From IMG/VR virus record IMGVR_UViG_3300032223_000633, positions 1-54,752 of that record: a DNA stretch of 54,752 nucleotides; one strand, given 5' to 3'. This document shows, one piece after another, positions 1-9,339 of the stretch. A program made the translations under genes and the position numbers. How positions within the stretch are numbered: position 1 is the first letter of the stretch; the number at the start of each line of letters is the position of its first letter. Origin of the DNA: a virus (Duplodnaviria; Caudoviricetes). The notes under the pieces are model-generated. The model was not told the origin of the DNA. It worked only from the letters and a program-made list of their open reading frames with translations, and did no database searches.

Positions 1-174
1 AGTTACATTAACTTTACTTTCCGAACTACTGGCAAGCATATCTTTAAGAGAACGAAGAAAATTAATAGCAGCTTTAGAACCAGCAACACCATTATTTAAT
101 ACTTCATCTTCTAAATGTTCTAGATGAACATTTTTGCCTTCTTTTGATTCGTTTATAAATTCTATGAATTTCAT
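1..174 (-). CDS. N-terminal part of a conserved T4-like phage protein (DUF6267-like), truncated by the window edge
   Basis: Hand translation from ATG at 174 (ATGA overlap with the stop of 171..893): MKFIEFINESKEGKNVHLEHLEDEVLNNG...; the KNxHLEHLED motif is typical of a conserved cyanomyovirus-type protein; not in the ORF track. Confidence 0.75.
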   Translation of the reverse strand, partial: MKFIEFINESKEGKNVHLEHLEDEVLNNGVAGSKAAINFLRSLKDMLASSSESKVNVT

Positions 175-893
175 TTTAAGAATGGATTCTTTTTTCTTGT
201 TCCGGGTTTAACAGAATACTTACTATCTGGCATATCTGCAATTTTAATTTCAGCTTGAACTTCATAAAATTCCGATCTAGTTGCAACACGAACTTTAAAA
301 TCTCCTTTACCACTAAGTAAAGGAATTGTAGAACCTAATTCAAATGGATCTGTATTTGAGATTCTATAAAAATCATCACCTGCTTGCATATAATAAGCAG
401 GTTCTGCTTTACCTTCAGTATAATGTTCAGTTACAATTTTTCCTAAATTCATGTTAGCTTTATTAGCAATATATCTATTCACATTTGGTTGATCAAAAAA
501 TCTTTTCATGACTTCAAGTGGAACTGCACCTTCTTCTTTTAAACCACCTTTAGTAGTAGGAATCTTTAATGATTTAAAAGGAATACCAGAGAAAGCGGAA
601 ATACTTTTTAAGAAAATTTTAGTCTTTGGATCACTATTTAAAATATTTACTGCTGCTTTTGCTGATGGAGTTTTGTATGTTGTTTTCCATTCGCCATTCT
701 CATAATAAACTCTTGGATTTGAAAGATTATCAGTGTGATTCATCTTAACTTCCATCCAATGAGATACTTTATTGTAAGTAATTTTTACATCTGCATAAGC
801 AGTATCTCCTGGTGGTCTTACTGCTTTAACACCAGGAATCTTATTTACATTTTTGGCAACATCTTTTTCATATTTATCTGAAGCTGAACTCAT
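171..893 (-). CDS. putative PD-(D/E)xK restriction-endonuclease-like nuclease
   Basis: N-terminal helix with YE, then ADVKI...WMEVK matching the (P)D...(D/E)xK catalytic pattern; adjacent to a DNA methyltransferase. Confidence 0.55.
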   Translation of the reverse strand: MSSASDKYEKDVAKNVNKIPGVKAVRPPGDTAYADVKITYNKVSHWMEVKMNHTDNLSNPRVYYENGEWKTTYKTPSAKAAVNILNSDPKTKIFLKSISAFSGIPFKSLKIPTTKGGLKEEGAVPLEVMKRFFDQPNVNRYIANKANMNLGKIVTEHYTEGKAEPAYYMQAGDDFYRISNTDPFELGSTIPLLSGKGDFKVRVATRSEFYEVQAEIKIADMPDSKYSVKPGTRKKNPFLK

Positions 894-914
894 ACATATC
901 TCCGAATTATCAAT

Positions 915-948
915 TATTTATAATAACAAAATTACCTTTTAATGTCAA
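915..948 (-). promoter_or_regulatory. overlapping sigma70-type (TTGACA-17-TATTAT) and T4 late (TATAAATA) promoters
   Basis: Minus strand TTGACA at 948-943, TATTAT at 925-920, TATAAATA at 922-915, just upstream of the ATG at 893. Confidence 0.65.
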
Positions 949-2228
949 GCAAAAAACTTAGATAAATCATTTTTCTCAATATAATTAGAATTACCTTTCT
1001 TAAATACCCATATTGGTTCAATGAAAATGTCTTTTAACTCCGCTGCATTAGGTCTTGCCATCATCCTCATACCAATTTTACCAATATAATGTGAACTTTC
1101 AAATGAACAAAAATGATTTACCATATCATCACATAACGGCAATCTTTTAGACCCTCTACTTTTAGGTTCAATTATGTTTATCATCATATACCCATTATTC
1201 TTTATAGTTTTCCATACCATCTCTGTTACTTTGAAAAAGAAATCATATTTCCAACCATTAAATGAATTGTATCTAGACCAAGATTGATTAGATACTTTAT
1301 CAGTATCAGATGCATACTTTTCAGTTTCAAAATAAGGAGGTGATGTAAAATAGAAATCAAATGTATCTACATATAAATTCCAATCTACATCTTCAGAAGG
1401 TAAGTTCCATATCTTAACTGTCTTTTTACCTATACATTCAAAATAGTTTTCAGTTTCAATCAACTTTGGTTTGCCACCAAGCATCTTTTCATATTCTAAA
1501 CATTGCTTTTTATATACTTCAAATACATCAGGATTAGGATCACAACCAACATATAACTTTGTTGATGATGTTGCATAGAAACCTGCTAATCTATCACCCC
1601 ACCCACATGAAGTATCTAATACATTAACAGCATCGTGTTTCTCATATAGTGCTTTTGCTACAGATGGTTTGAATTGTGTTGCAGTATATGTACCTAATCT
1701 AAAACCATCTCTAAAGGTAGTTTCATCTACATCTTTATCCATCATTACACCAGGACGCCAAAATATCCAATTCATTCCACTCAAGTGTCTACTAGCAACA
1801 GAACTATCTCTAGTATGCCATATGTCCATTGGTGCGGCTTCTTTATTTGATCCACATCTCAACCTATTCTCTTGTTGAAAATAATCACTTACGTCATTAT
1901 ATGCATGTGATATATCAATAACACCTAATGGAGAATCTGAATACTTATATTTGTAATCATACCGTTCTTTAACTACAGAGTAATCTTTGTATTCTTCTAA
2001 ATGAGATTTCTTACTGAATTTTACAAATAAATCTTTCATCCTATATTCATCAATAACTCTTGTTGGAAAAGGTATATTGTTTTTATGAACATATTCTGTT
2101 AATGATTGTCTAATATCATCTTTATCATGTAACTGAATAAACTCTAACCAATTCTTATTACTAATCTTTGGTATACCACGTTCATCACAGTTGTTGGCAA
2201 AGTATTTTACTATCTCTTCTTTTATCAT
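945..2228 (-). CDS. DNA amino-methyltransferase (N4-C/N6-A type)
   Basis: SAM-binding motif I LDTSCGWGDRL, GCDPN, catalytic FTSPPYF; ATGA-coupled to gp41. Confidence 0.8.
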   Translation of the reverse strand: MIKEEIVKYFANNCDERGIPKISNKNWLEFIQLHDKDDIRQSLTEYVHKNNIPFPTRVIDEYRMKDLFVKFSKKSHLEEYKDYSVVKERYDYKYKYSDSPLGVIDISHAYNDVSDYFQQENRLRCGSNKEAAPMDIWHTRDSSVASRHLSGMNWIFWRPGVMMDKDVDETTFRDGFRLGTYTATQFKPSVAKALYEKHDAVNVLDTSCGWGDRLAGFYATSSTKLYVGCDPNPDVFEVYKKQCLEYEKMLGGKPKLIETENYFECIGKKTVKIWNLPSEDVDWNLYVDTFDFYFTSPPYFETEKYASDTDKVSNQSWSRYNSFNGWKYDFFFKVTEMVWKTIKNNGYMMINIIEPKSRGSKRLPLCDDMVNHFCSFESSHYIGKIGMRMMARPNAAELKDIFIEPIWVFKKGNSNYIEKNDLSKFFA

Positions 2229-3622
2229 ACTTTAAGTCCACCAAATCTTGCTTTGAAATTATGTCTTGAATTGGATTCAAATTTATTAATTGGTGGATCA
2301 TCTTGACCAGAATCAGATAGTTGTTGTGCATTAGATTCAACATCATATAGTCGCATCTTTGCTTTATCTACACCAACAACAAACTTCTTATTAGTACCAG
2401 GATCACCATAACGATTCTTCAATTGTTTTACCATAATCTGATTCAACTGTTCTAATTCTTCAGTTGATATCAATGCAAACATAAAGTCTGCAGTTGCAGG
2501 TAAACCAAAACTCTCACTTGTATCAGTCAAATCTACATCACTATTACTGAAACCACTTCTTGTTGTTTGTGTTGCAGATACAATAGGCACATTAAACTCT
2601 ACTGCAAGTCCTCTCAACTCTTCTGCAATAGCTTTAATATACGTATAAGAATTAACAGATGAACCCATCTTCATTCTTGATGAACAACAGATATTCAAAT
2701 AATCAATAAAGATAATATCTGGAAAGAAACTTTTCTTCAATCTTAACTCATTCAATAAAGACCTAAAGTGTCCAGCATGTGCAGATGCAGTTGGATATTC
2801 TTTAATGATTAACTTGCCTTGAGTCTTGTTTCTCAATACAGAAAACTTTCTTTCATAATCATCTTTAGAGATTACATGCAATTCATCCATTGTTACATTC
2901 AATAGATTAGCATCAATTCGTTCTGCAATCTTTTCTTCTGCCATTTCCATTGTAATATACAAAACATTATTACCCTGAGATATACATGCAGATGACATAT
3001 GACACATAAACAAAGATTTACCTACACCAGTACCAGCAAGTGCAATGTTCAATGTCTTTTGTGGCAAACCACCTTTAGTAATCTTATTGAAATATTCAAG
3101 ATCAAACTTAATCTTTTGTTCTTTACGATGATAGAAATCAAATCGTGAATCAGCATCATTGATATAATCATGACCCACATGAGAATCAAACGATACACCT
3201 AATGCATTGGACAATAACTCAGGTATTTGTCCTTTACTTAATGTTTTAGATTTGTTATCAAGAATCTGCACTGATTCCATGATTGCATTATAGATTGCTT
3301 TGTCTTGGCAAAACTTTTCAGTTTGTTCAATCAACCATTCTGTGGGTGTTACTTCTTCTTTTGATTGTTGAATATCATTAAGCAATTCTAGTGCAGATTT
3401 AACTTGTTCTTCGGTAAGTGTTTTCTTTTCTGTGAAATTAATTACTAGTGCTTCGTAGGTGGGAAGATTCTTATATTTGTTTACATAATCATGTATTTCT
3501 TTGAATACATTCTTTTCATTGTTATCTGAGAAATAGTCATGGAATATAAATGGTAATACTTTTCGTGTATAGTCCTCGTTATAAACTAAATTCTTCAGTA
3601 TTGTTTGTTCTAGTCTGTTCAT
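2225..3622 (-). CDS. gp41: replicative DnaB-like helicase
   Basis: Walker A AGTGVGKS, ITMEMAEE, IDYLNI, SATQTTRSG, QLKNRY; T4 synteny after uvsX. Confidence 0.97.
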   Translation of the reverse strand: MNRLEQTILKNLVYNEDYTRKVLPFIFHDYFSDNNEKNVFKEIHDYVNKYKNLPTYEALVINFTEKKTLTEEQVKSALELLNDIQQSKEEVTPTEWLIEQTEKFCQDKAIYNAIMESVQILDNKSKTLSKGQIPELLSNALGVSFDSHVGHDYINDADSRFDFYHRKEQKIKFDLEYFNKITKGGLPQKTLNIALAGTGVGKSLFMCHMSSACISQGNNVLYITMEMAEEKIAERIDANLLNVTMDELHVISKDDYERKFSVLRNKTQGKLIIKEYPTASAHAGHFRSLLNELRLKKSFFPDIIFIDYLNICCSSRMKMGSSVNSYTYIKAIAEELRGLAVEFNVPIVSATQTTRSGFSNSDVDLTDTSESFGLPATADFMFALISTEELEQLNQIMVKQLKNRYGDPGTNKKFVVGVDKAKMRLYDVESNAQQLSDSGQDDPPINKFESNSRHNFKARFGGLKV

Positions 3623-3926
3623 TTGTTTCCAATAATTCTGTTAGTATGTCACCCATAATTATAACAAAATTCTGATCATTACGCAAGGTTTCTTCGTCAT
3701 GATTACCAGAATATTCTATACCATAGGTAAACTTTAATCTCGCAAAAGTACCTTCTTCTACAACTTGTGCCGTTTTATAATAATAAATCACTCCCTGATA
3801 TACACCCTTTAACAGATGTATACCAGTGAGATCAGAATCAGGAAAGTTATAGAGTTGGTAATCAATACCTTCTTTAGGCTTCTTCGGTTTCTTCCAGAAC
3901 AGGAGTTTGTCCCATAATGTTGCCAT
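3579..3926 (-). CDS. hypothetical protein in the gp40 position (between uvsX and gp41)
   Basis: ORF 3579..3938; ATG at 3926 preferred; overlaps both neighbours. Confidence 0.6.
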   Translation of the reverse strand: MATLWDKLLFWKKPKKPKEGIDYQLYNFPDSDLTGIHLLKGVYQGVIYYYKTAQVVEEGTFARLKFTYGIEYSGNHDEETLRNDQNFVIIMGDILTELLETNEQTRTNNTEEFSL

Positions 3927-4929
3927 ATGCAATCCCATATTTTTGTTTTACGAATTCTTTGAAATCTTTATCCATTAGAATAGGATCCCAAAACTCTGCA
4001 TTTTGTGTTGCAGTCAATCTATGTTTATCGCCAATCTCACCAGTTTCACGATTGACTTTTGAATACCAACCATTAGAAGGTTTAGTTACGTGACCACTTT
4101 CAAGTGCAATATCAAGCAGACCAGACCAACGACTGATACCACCGTCAAAAGATACGTTAATAGGGATTTTAGATTTTTCTTTGACATATCTACTCTTTTC
4201 TACATTAATAATAAAATTGTACCCAATTACTTCAGTACCTTCTTTTTCTTGTTGACGACCAATGATGTATATATTGTCGGCAGAATAATATGAACCTGTA
4301 CCACCACCAACAATATCTTTAGGAAACAAACCAATTTCTTTGTATGTATGATTAACAACAATCATAGGAATATCTTTGAGATTTAAATGCGGTGTGACCA
4401 TACGAAACAAACTCTTAACTTGTTTTGCCCGACTCATATCTGCAACTGATTTACCTTCAAGTGCATCTTCAACTTCTTTTTTTGATGCAAGATTACCAAT
4501 TGAATCTAATATGATGATTAGTTTATCACCACGATCTACATCTTGTAATTGTTGCATGATATCAAACTTTAATTGTTCAATATCAGTTAAAGGTGTATGT
4601 AATACTCTTGATTGGTCAATCTCAAATGTTTCAAAGTATTTAATTGGAGTACCAAACTCTGAATCATAGAACAACAATATTGCTTCTGGATACTTATCCA
4701 TGTATGCTTTTGCCATCAATAGACTAAATGCAGTCTTAAAATGTTTTGATGGACCTGCCCACATAGTAAGACCAGGAATTAAACCACCATCAAGTGAACC
4801 AGATAATGCTACATTAATCATTGGTACTCTTGTTGGTACAAAATCTTTTTCAGTAAAGAATTTTGATTTGTCTAGAATAGCACTATCTTTAATTGTGGTA
4901 TTCTTTTTTAATTTATCAAGTAAACTCAT
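3874..4929 (-). CDS. uvsX: RecA-like recombinase
   Basis: AGPSKHFKT, YDSEFG, DSIGNLASKKEVEDA, DMSRAK motifs. Confidence 0.97.
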   Translation of the reverse strand: MSLLDKLKKNTTIKDSAILDKSKFFTEKDFVPTRVPMINVALSGSLDGGLIPGLTMWAGPSKHFKTAFSLLMAKAYMDKYPEAILLFYDSEFGTPIKYFETFEIDQSRVLHTPLTDIEQLKFDIMQQLQDVDRGDKLIIILDSIGNLASKKEVEDALEGKSVADMSRAKQVKSLFRMVTPHLNLKDIPMIVVNHTYKEIGLFPKDIVGGGTGSYYSADNIYIIGRQQEKEGTEVIGYNFIINVEKSRYVKEKSKIPINVSFDGGISRWSGLLDIALESGHVTKPSNGWYSKVNRETGEIGDKHRLTATQNAEFWDPILMDKDFKEFVKQKYGIAYGNIMGQTPVLEETEEA

Positions 4930-4940
4930 ATCATCCTCAT

Positions 4941-7475
4941 TTATAAAAAGAAACTATCAAGTGAATTTGTTTTTTCTGCTTCCCAATTAAGACAATTCAA
5001 AATAATCTTAACAGGTTCTAGGTATGCTTTTTCAAATTGTGTATCATAATCTATGTAGTTCTCTAACTTGAATTCTGAAGGTAATCTTGATGGATAAGAT
5101 ATAACAGTATCCTTAAATGGATTAGGTTGTTTAAGATAAGTAAATTTTATCTTCTCACCTTCTTGTATTAATGGATACTTCTTTGTTAAACCCAACTTCT
5201 CTAGATTGTGATTATAGATTATGGCACCTTTAACATGAATTGGTGTGCCTTTCTTATACATTGTAGTCTTATCAGAATATTGTTTAAGACCATTCATACC
5301 TCTTGGAAAAGATATCTCTTCAGGTGGTAATGATTTGAAATCTTTTCTAAACTTCGCAATGAATGATTGCACATCAGATTCAGTACCATTAATCATTAGT
5401 TTAATAGTATCAGACATTTTACCACGGATAGATTGAGGTGTTGAAGATTTAACCATTTCAAGTCCCATAACTTTCATGTGAGGTTCATTATACTGAACAC
5501 CCTCATTGTTATAGACATTCATAATATATCTTTTCTTTGCAGTCCAAATACCTTTGTTTGCAAGTGCTTCACGTTTCATTTGCATTTTTTGTTCGAAGGC
5601 GTGGACATAATCAGCAAGCTCTTTATAACTTTCATCAATAAAAGGTTGTATCTTATCTTCACATACACGGTCCATGAAGGCAATGACATTCTTAATATCA
5701 CTTGTTTCAGGATGCACTTTCTTAACAAGTTCACTAAGACGGAGATATATTGAATCTGTATCCGAAGCAATAACATAATCTTTTTCCGTTTTCAATAGTT
5801 GGTTCATGTATTGATTTAACTTGTTTTCAATCCATCTTATACTTAGTTGACCTGCAGATGTAACTCCTAACGCCATACGTAGGTCATAAAAACGAAAATA
5901 CTGACTTCCCAAAGCGCCATAGGCTGAATTAAGACCAACTTTCTTAGCCAGTTGTAGATTATTGTATCTCGCAATTCGTTTTTCAATTTCATATTTTTTA
6001 GATTCATCTTTTTCATTCTCATAATCTTGTTGTGCCTTCAACATCATATTCTTAAACTTCTTTCTATCCTCATACATATCTTGCAACATGTTAGGTAAGA
6101 AACCACGAATCTTTGTATTAAAGAATTGTCCATTAGGTGTTAATGTTGCACCTTCAATGCTATCTAAATCAATTTCTTTATTCAGCATCTTATCAACAGT
6201 TACACCTTTAGATATAACATCTCGCATTTTTACACTATAATCTTTAGGATCAATAACTGTTTCAGGTGAGATATTGTATTGCATCATCAAATGTGGATAC
6301 AAACTATTCAAGTCAAATGATGCAACCCATTCATGCATACCAATCTGTGGGTCTTTAACATATGCACCTTCAAATCTTCCATCCTTACTTGTATGGACAT
6401 TAGGCGGAACAATAATGTTTCTATTCAACAGATAACCATACGTCATTGCATCCCACATACGAGTCTGTGCAAAGATATCATTATAGTTTGTCTTAGTATC
6501 ATACGCAAGAGTAAGACCCAATTCAATCAACTTTAATTTATCTTCCAGTTTAAGAATCAACTCAACATCTTTAATATTATACTCAATAAACTTTTGATAG
6601 TTTAACCGATATAGTTGATGTAGATTTTCAAATTCATCATATGATATTTTACCTTCACCCAATTCAACCTGTGCAATACTATCTAAACGATATGACTCCT
6701 GTGATTTGCCACCAGGTGCATACCATCTATACAATTCAATATAATCAAGTGTTGCAACACCATTGATATCATATGCAATATTTGTTTTTTGCATTGCATA
6801 AACTTCACGTTCAGTAATCATATTCCATGGTGATAGTTTTTTTTCTGTATTCTCACCTAGAATCTTTCTGAATCTATTAATAAGATATGGTATATCAAAG
6901 AATTTAATGTTCCAACCACTTACAACATCAGGACAATTTGCTTGCCAATCTTCAAGAAATCGTTTACATAAATTATATTCATCACGGCATTTAATATAAG
7001 TTACAGTTTCATCATAGTTATTGTAATCACCACAACCATATACTTTAGTTTCGCCACCCATGTATTTAATACAAATTGCAGTGATGGGTTCAGATGCAAT
7101 ATAGGGATCGGGAAATCCATTCTCTGATCCAACTTCAATATCAATAACTGCAACTTTTACTTTATCTTGATCCCATTCAATATCACCTTTGAAATTCTCT
7201 GCAATGAAAGCATATTCAAAACGTGAATTACCATATACTTTGAAATTTTCTACTTGATCGTAATTCTTAATAAAATCACGAGCCTCTTTCATAGATTCAA
7301 ATTTCAAAGGTTCGAGTGTCTCACCGTTAAGTGATTTGAATTTTGATTGTTTATTTGACTGTAAATACAAAGTAGGAGTATATGCTACTTTAAGACATAC
7401 ACTCCTACCATTCTTTACACCACGATACAGGATGTTGTTACCAACAGCCAATACACTAGTATAAAAATCTGCCAT
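4941..7475 (-). CDS. gp43: family B DNA polymerase
   Basis: Exonuclease DIEV, SFDLNSLYPH, KxxLNSAYG, SDTDS, KKRY; no intein-sized insertion. Confidence 0.98.
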   Translation of the reverse strand: MADFYTSVLAVGNNILYRGVKNGRSVCLKVAYTPTLYLQSNKQSKFKSLNGETLEPLKFESMKEARDFIKNYDQVENFKVYGNSRFEYAFIAENFKGDIEWDQDKVKVAVIDIEVGSENGFPDPYIASEPITAICIKYMGGETKVYGCGDYNNYDETVTYIKCRDEYNLCKRFLEDWQANCPDVVSGWNIKFFDIPYLINRFRKILGENTEKKLSPWNMITEREVYAMQKTNIAYDINGVATLDYIELYRWYAPGGKSQESYRLDSIAQVELGEGKISYDEFENLHQLYRLNYQKFIEYNIKDVELILKLEDKLKLIELGLTLAYDTKTNYNDIFAQTRMWDAMTYGYLLNRNIIVPPNVHTSKDGRFEGAYVKDPQIGMHEWVASFDLNSLYPHLMMQYNISPETVIDPKDYSVKMRDVISKGVTVDKMLNKEIDLDSIEGATLTPNGQFFNTKIRGFLPNMLQDMYEDRKKFKNMMLKAQQDYENEKDESKKYEIEKRIARYNNLQLAKKVGLNSAYGALGSQYFRFYDLRMALGVTSAGQLSIRWIENKLNQYMNQLLKTEKDYVIASDTDSIYLRLSELVKKVHPETSDIKNVIAFMDRVCEDKIQPFIDESYKELADYVHAFEQKMQMKREALANKGIWTAKKRYIMNVYNNEGVQYNEPHMKVMGLEMVKSSTPQSIRGKMSDTIKLMINGTESDVQSFIAKFRKDFKSLPPEEISFPRGMNGLKQYSDKTTMYKKGTPIHVKGAIIYNHNLEKLGLTKKYPLIQEGEKIKFTYLKQPNPFKDTVISYPSRLPSEFKLENYIDYDTQFEKAYLEPVKIILNCLNWEAEKTNSLDSFFL

Positions 7476-7774
7476 TATAATTTAAGAATACTTGGATCTG
7501 CGATTTGAATTCCTGATCCAAAATACTTATTATAAGCATTTAGAATTTCGGTTGCGGGTGTTACTAAGGTTAGAAAATCTTGATTCTCAATTGTAATACC
7601 TGTATCAAATTCTTGTGCATAAAGTAGAAAAGGAGAGAACCCAATCATACCTTCACCACTAGGAGAATTCTGCATAATGATTGCTGCAGGTTTAATAATC
7701 TTAATATAACTTGTGCCTACTTCAGTTTCAGCAATCAAATTCATACCATTTTTTAACGCAATAATTTTAATCAT
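7475..7774 (-). CDS. conserved hypothetical protein (Sm-like beta protein upstream of gp43)
   Basis: IKIIALKNG...Y..YFGSGI pattern common next to gp43 in T4-like phages; TAATG coupling to gp43. Confidence 0.6.
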   Translation of the reverse strand: MIKIIALKNGMNLIAETEVGTSYIKIIKPAAIIMQNSPSGEGMIGFSPFLLYAQEFDTGITIENQDFLTLVTPATEILNAYNKYFGSGIQIADPSILKL

Positions 7775-7997
7775 ATACTTGCACCTTGTAAGAAGGATCC
7801 AATACTGTTAATGTAACCCATTTTTTTGGAAATAACATTTCACGACCACGAAAATCGTTCATGCTATAGTTAGGATCGTCAACTAGACCGATCAATTCAA
7901 CCTTATCATCAAAATCACGATAATGAAGATCATACTTAATTGCTTTAGTCAAATTCTCTTTGATTGCAATCGTCTTTGCTAATGTTCTAATATTCAT
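7767..7997 (-). CDS. hypothetical protein
   Basis: 76-aa ORF directly downstream of a consensus promoter, overlaps next gene by 8 nt. Confidence 0.6.
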   Translation of the reverse strand: MNIRTLAKTIAIKENLTKAIKYDLHYRDFDDKVELIGLVDDPNYSMNDFRGREMLFPKKWVTLTVLDPSYKVQVYD

Positions 7998-8025
7998 AAA
8001 TTTTATTTCTCACAGTTAAAAAACT

Positions 8026-8054
8026 ATTATATAACGAATATGTCTGTATGTCAA
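8026..8054 (-). promoter_or_regulatory. sigma70 early promoter for the gp43 operon
   Basis: TTGACA (8054-8049), 17 nt, TATAAT (8031-8026). Confidence 0.85.
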
Positions 8055-8569
8055 GACTTATTTACGTATTTACCAAAATTAGGTTCTTTCCATCCTTCTG
8101 GTTTCAAAACTTTGCCATCTTCTCTCTTTAATACCTTACCAGACTTCTGATCAATCTTTGCCAAATTGCTATTGGCAACTTCTGACCATGCACCATCTAC
8201 ATTAAAACCCTTCATCTTACAATAACCAAGTATTACCCAAATCATATCCATACAGGCATCTAATTGTTCTACATCATCATTATCCCAACGTGCTTTAATG
8301 AATTCATTATATTCTTCAGTTATAAGTTTAGAATATAACTTAACATTTTCATCTGATGGCGTTTGACCACATGCTTCTAAAAATGTAGTTACAGAAGTAT
8401 GCATCATTTCTCTACCAATTTTTTTGATGATAATTTCACCATCATCATTTTTACTGATATCTAAAACATCACCTGTAGACCAACCAACATCAGTTAAAAG
8501 ATGTTCATTTAATTCTATGATTGCATCACCATTATCACAAATGTCTAATACTTTACTTTCATAAATCAT
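8051..8569 (-). CDS. MazG-like/PRA-PH NTP pyrophosphohydrolase with N-terminal AbrB-like domain
   Basis: LITEEYNEF...EQLDACMD...EVANSNLAK...REDGKVLKPEGW; N-terminal IELNEHLLTDVGWSTGDVLDI resembles the AbrB/MazE fold. Confidence 0.75.
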   Translation of the reverse strand: MIYESKVLDICDNGDAIIELNEHLLTDVGWSTGDVLDISKNDDGEIIIKKIGREMMHTSVTTFLEACGQTPSDENVKLYSKLITEEYNEFIKARWDNDDVEQLDACMDMIWVILGYCKMKGFNVDGAWSEVANSNLAKIDQKSGKVLKREDGKVLKPEGWKEPNFGKYVNKS

Positions 8570-8733
8570 TCTTCACTCACTTTTTCTTTTTTGGTTGAGA
8601 ATCGGGCACGTTCTTTAGCAATCTGTCCTTCGATTGCAAACTTCTTATATAATGTGTATTGTTCTTGATCAAGAATAGTTGCCAATACACGTTTAGCAGG
8701 TTTATTCAACCTGAAATTTTTATCTGCTTTCAT
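8566..8733 (-). CDS. small basic hypothetical protein (55 aa)
   Basis: Hand translation MKADKNFRLNKPAKRVLATILD...KVSEE; GGAGA SD; ATGA overlap with next gene; below ORF-track cutoff. Confidence 0.7.
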   Translation of the reverse strand: MKADKNFRLNKPAKRVLATILDQEQYTLYKKFAIEGQIAKERARFSTKKEKVSEE

Positions 8734-8752
8734 AATATCTCCATTTAAGGGC

Positions 8753-8777
8753 GGGGGGGGGGGGAGTTATCTCCCCC
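8753..8777 (-). terminator. GC-rich hairpin after hsp20 extended by a homopolymer tract
   Basis: Minus strand GGGGGAG-ATAA-CTCCCCC followed by further C residues (G12 at 8753-8764 on plus); lacks a clean U tract. Confidence 0.45.
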
Positions 8778-8787
8778 AATTTATTAC

Positions 8788-9285
8788 TTAATCAATAGGT
8801 GATGATTCATTTAATAGTTGTGGTTTATTTTGTGGTTTAATAGGAACAACTTCTATAGAATGAATATCAATCTTGCGTGGTTTCTTTGATTCTGGAATAA
8901 CATTCTCCAAAATAATTTTAAGAACACCATCAATATATGATGAACCAAGAACCATAATGGTATCAGACAATTGAAATTTCTTAGTGAACGATCTTGTACC
9001 AATACCACGATACAGATAGTTATTAACTTCATCTCTGGTTAATTCTTTCTTCTGACCAGTTATGGTTAAAACATTTTCTTTAAGTATAATTTCAATTTCA
9101 TTTTTAGAAAAACCTGATAAGGCTAATTCTATAAAGTATTGAGATTCATTTACTTTAATAATGTTATGAGGTGGGTATTTATCAATAGAAGATGAATCTG
9201 TCATTGTTTGTAAATCTTCAAACAATTTTTCAAATCCAATATATCGAGTTACCATTTGAGGCATAGATGTAAGCGTTAATGTCAT
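8788..9285 (-). CDS. hsp20: small heat shock protein Hsp20 (IbpA-like)
   Basis: YPPHNIIK, IELALSGF, YLYRGIGTRSF, DGVLKIIL...PESKKPRKI. Confidence 0.95.
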   Translation of the reverse strand: MTLTLTSMPQMVTRYIGFEKLFEDLQTMTDSSSIDKYPPHNIIKVNESQYFIELALSGFSKNEIEIILKENVLTITGQKKELTRDEVNNYLYRGIGTRSFTKKFQLSDTIMVLGSSYIDGVLKIILENVIPESKKPRKIDIHSIEVVPIKPQNKPQLLNESSPID

Positions 9286-9291
9286 AAAAAT

Positions 9292-9336
9292 CTCCTTGTT
9301 AAGCGAGTTAAAATATGTAACCCCGAAGGCGTTACA
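9292..9336 (-). promoter_or_regulatory. ROSE-like RNA thermometer in the hsp20 5' UTR
   Basis: CUCGCUU pairs with SD AAGGAG leaving the bulged G of the U(U/C)GCU motif; upstream hairpin UGUAAC(G)CC-UUCG-GGGUUACA. Confidence 0.75.
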
Positions 9337-9339
9337 ATG

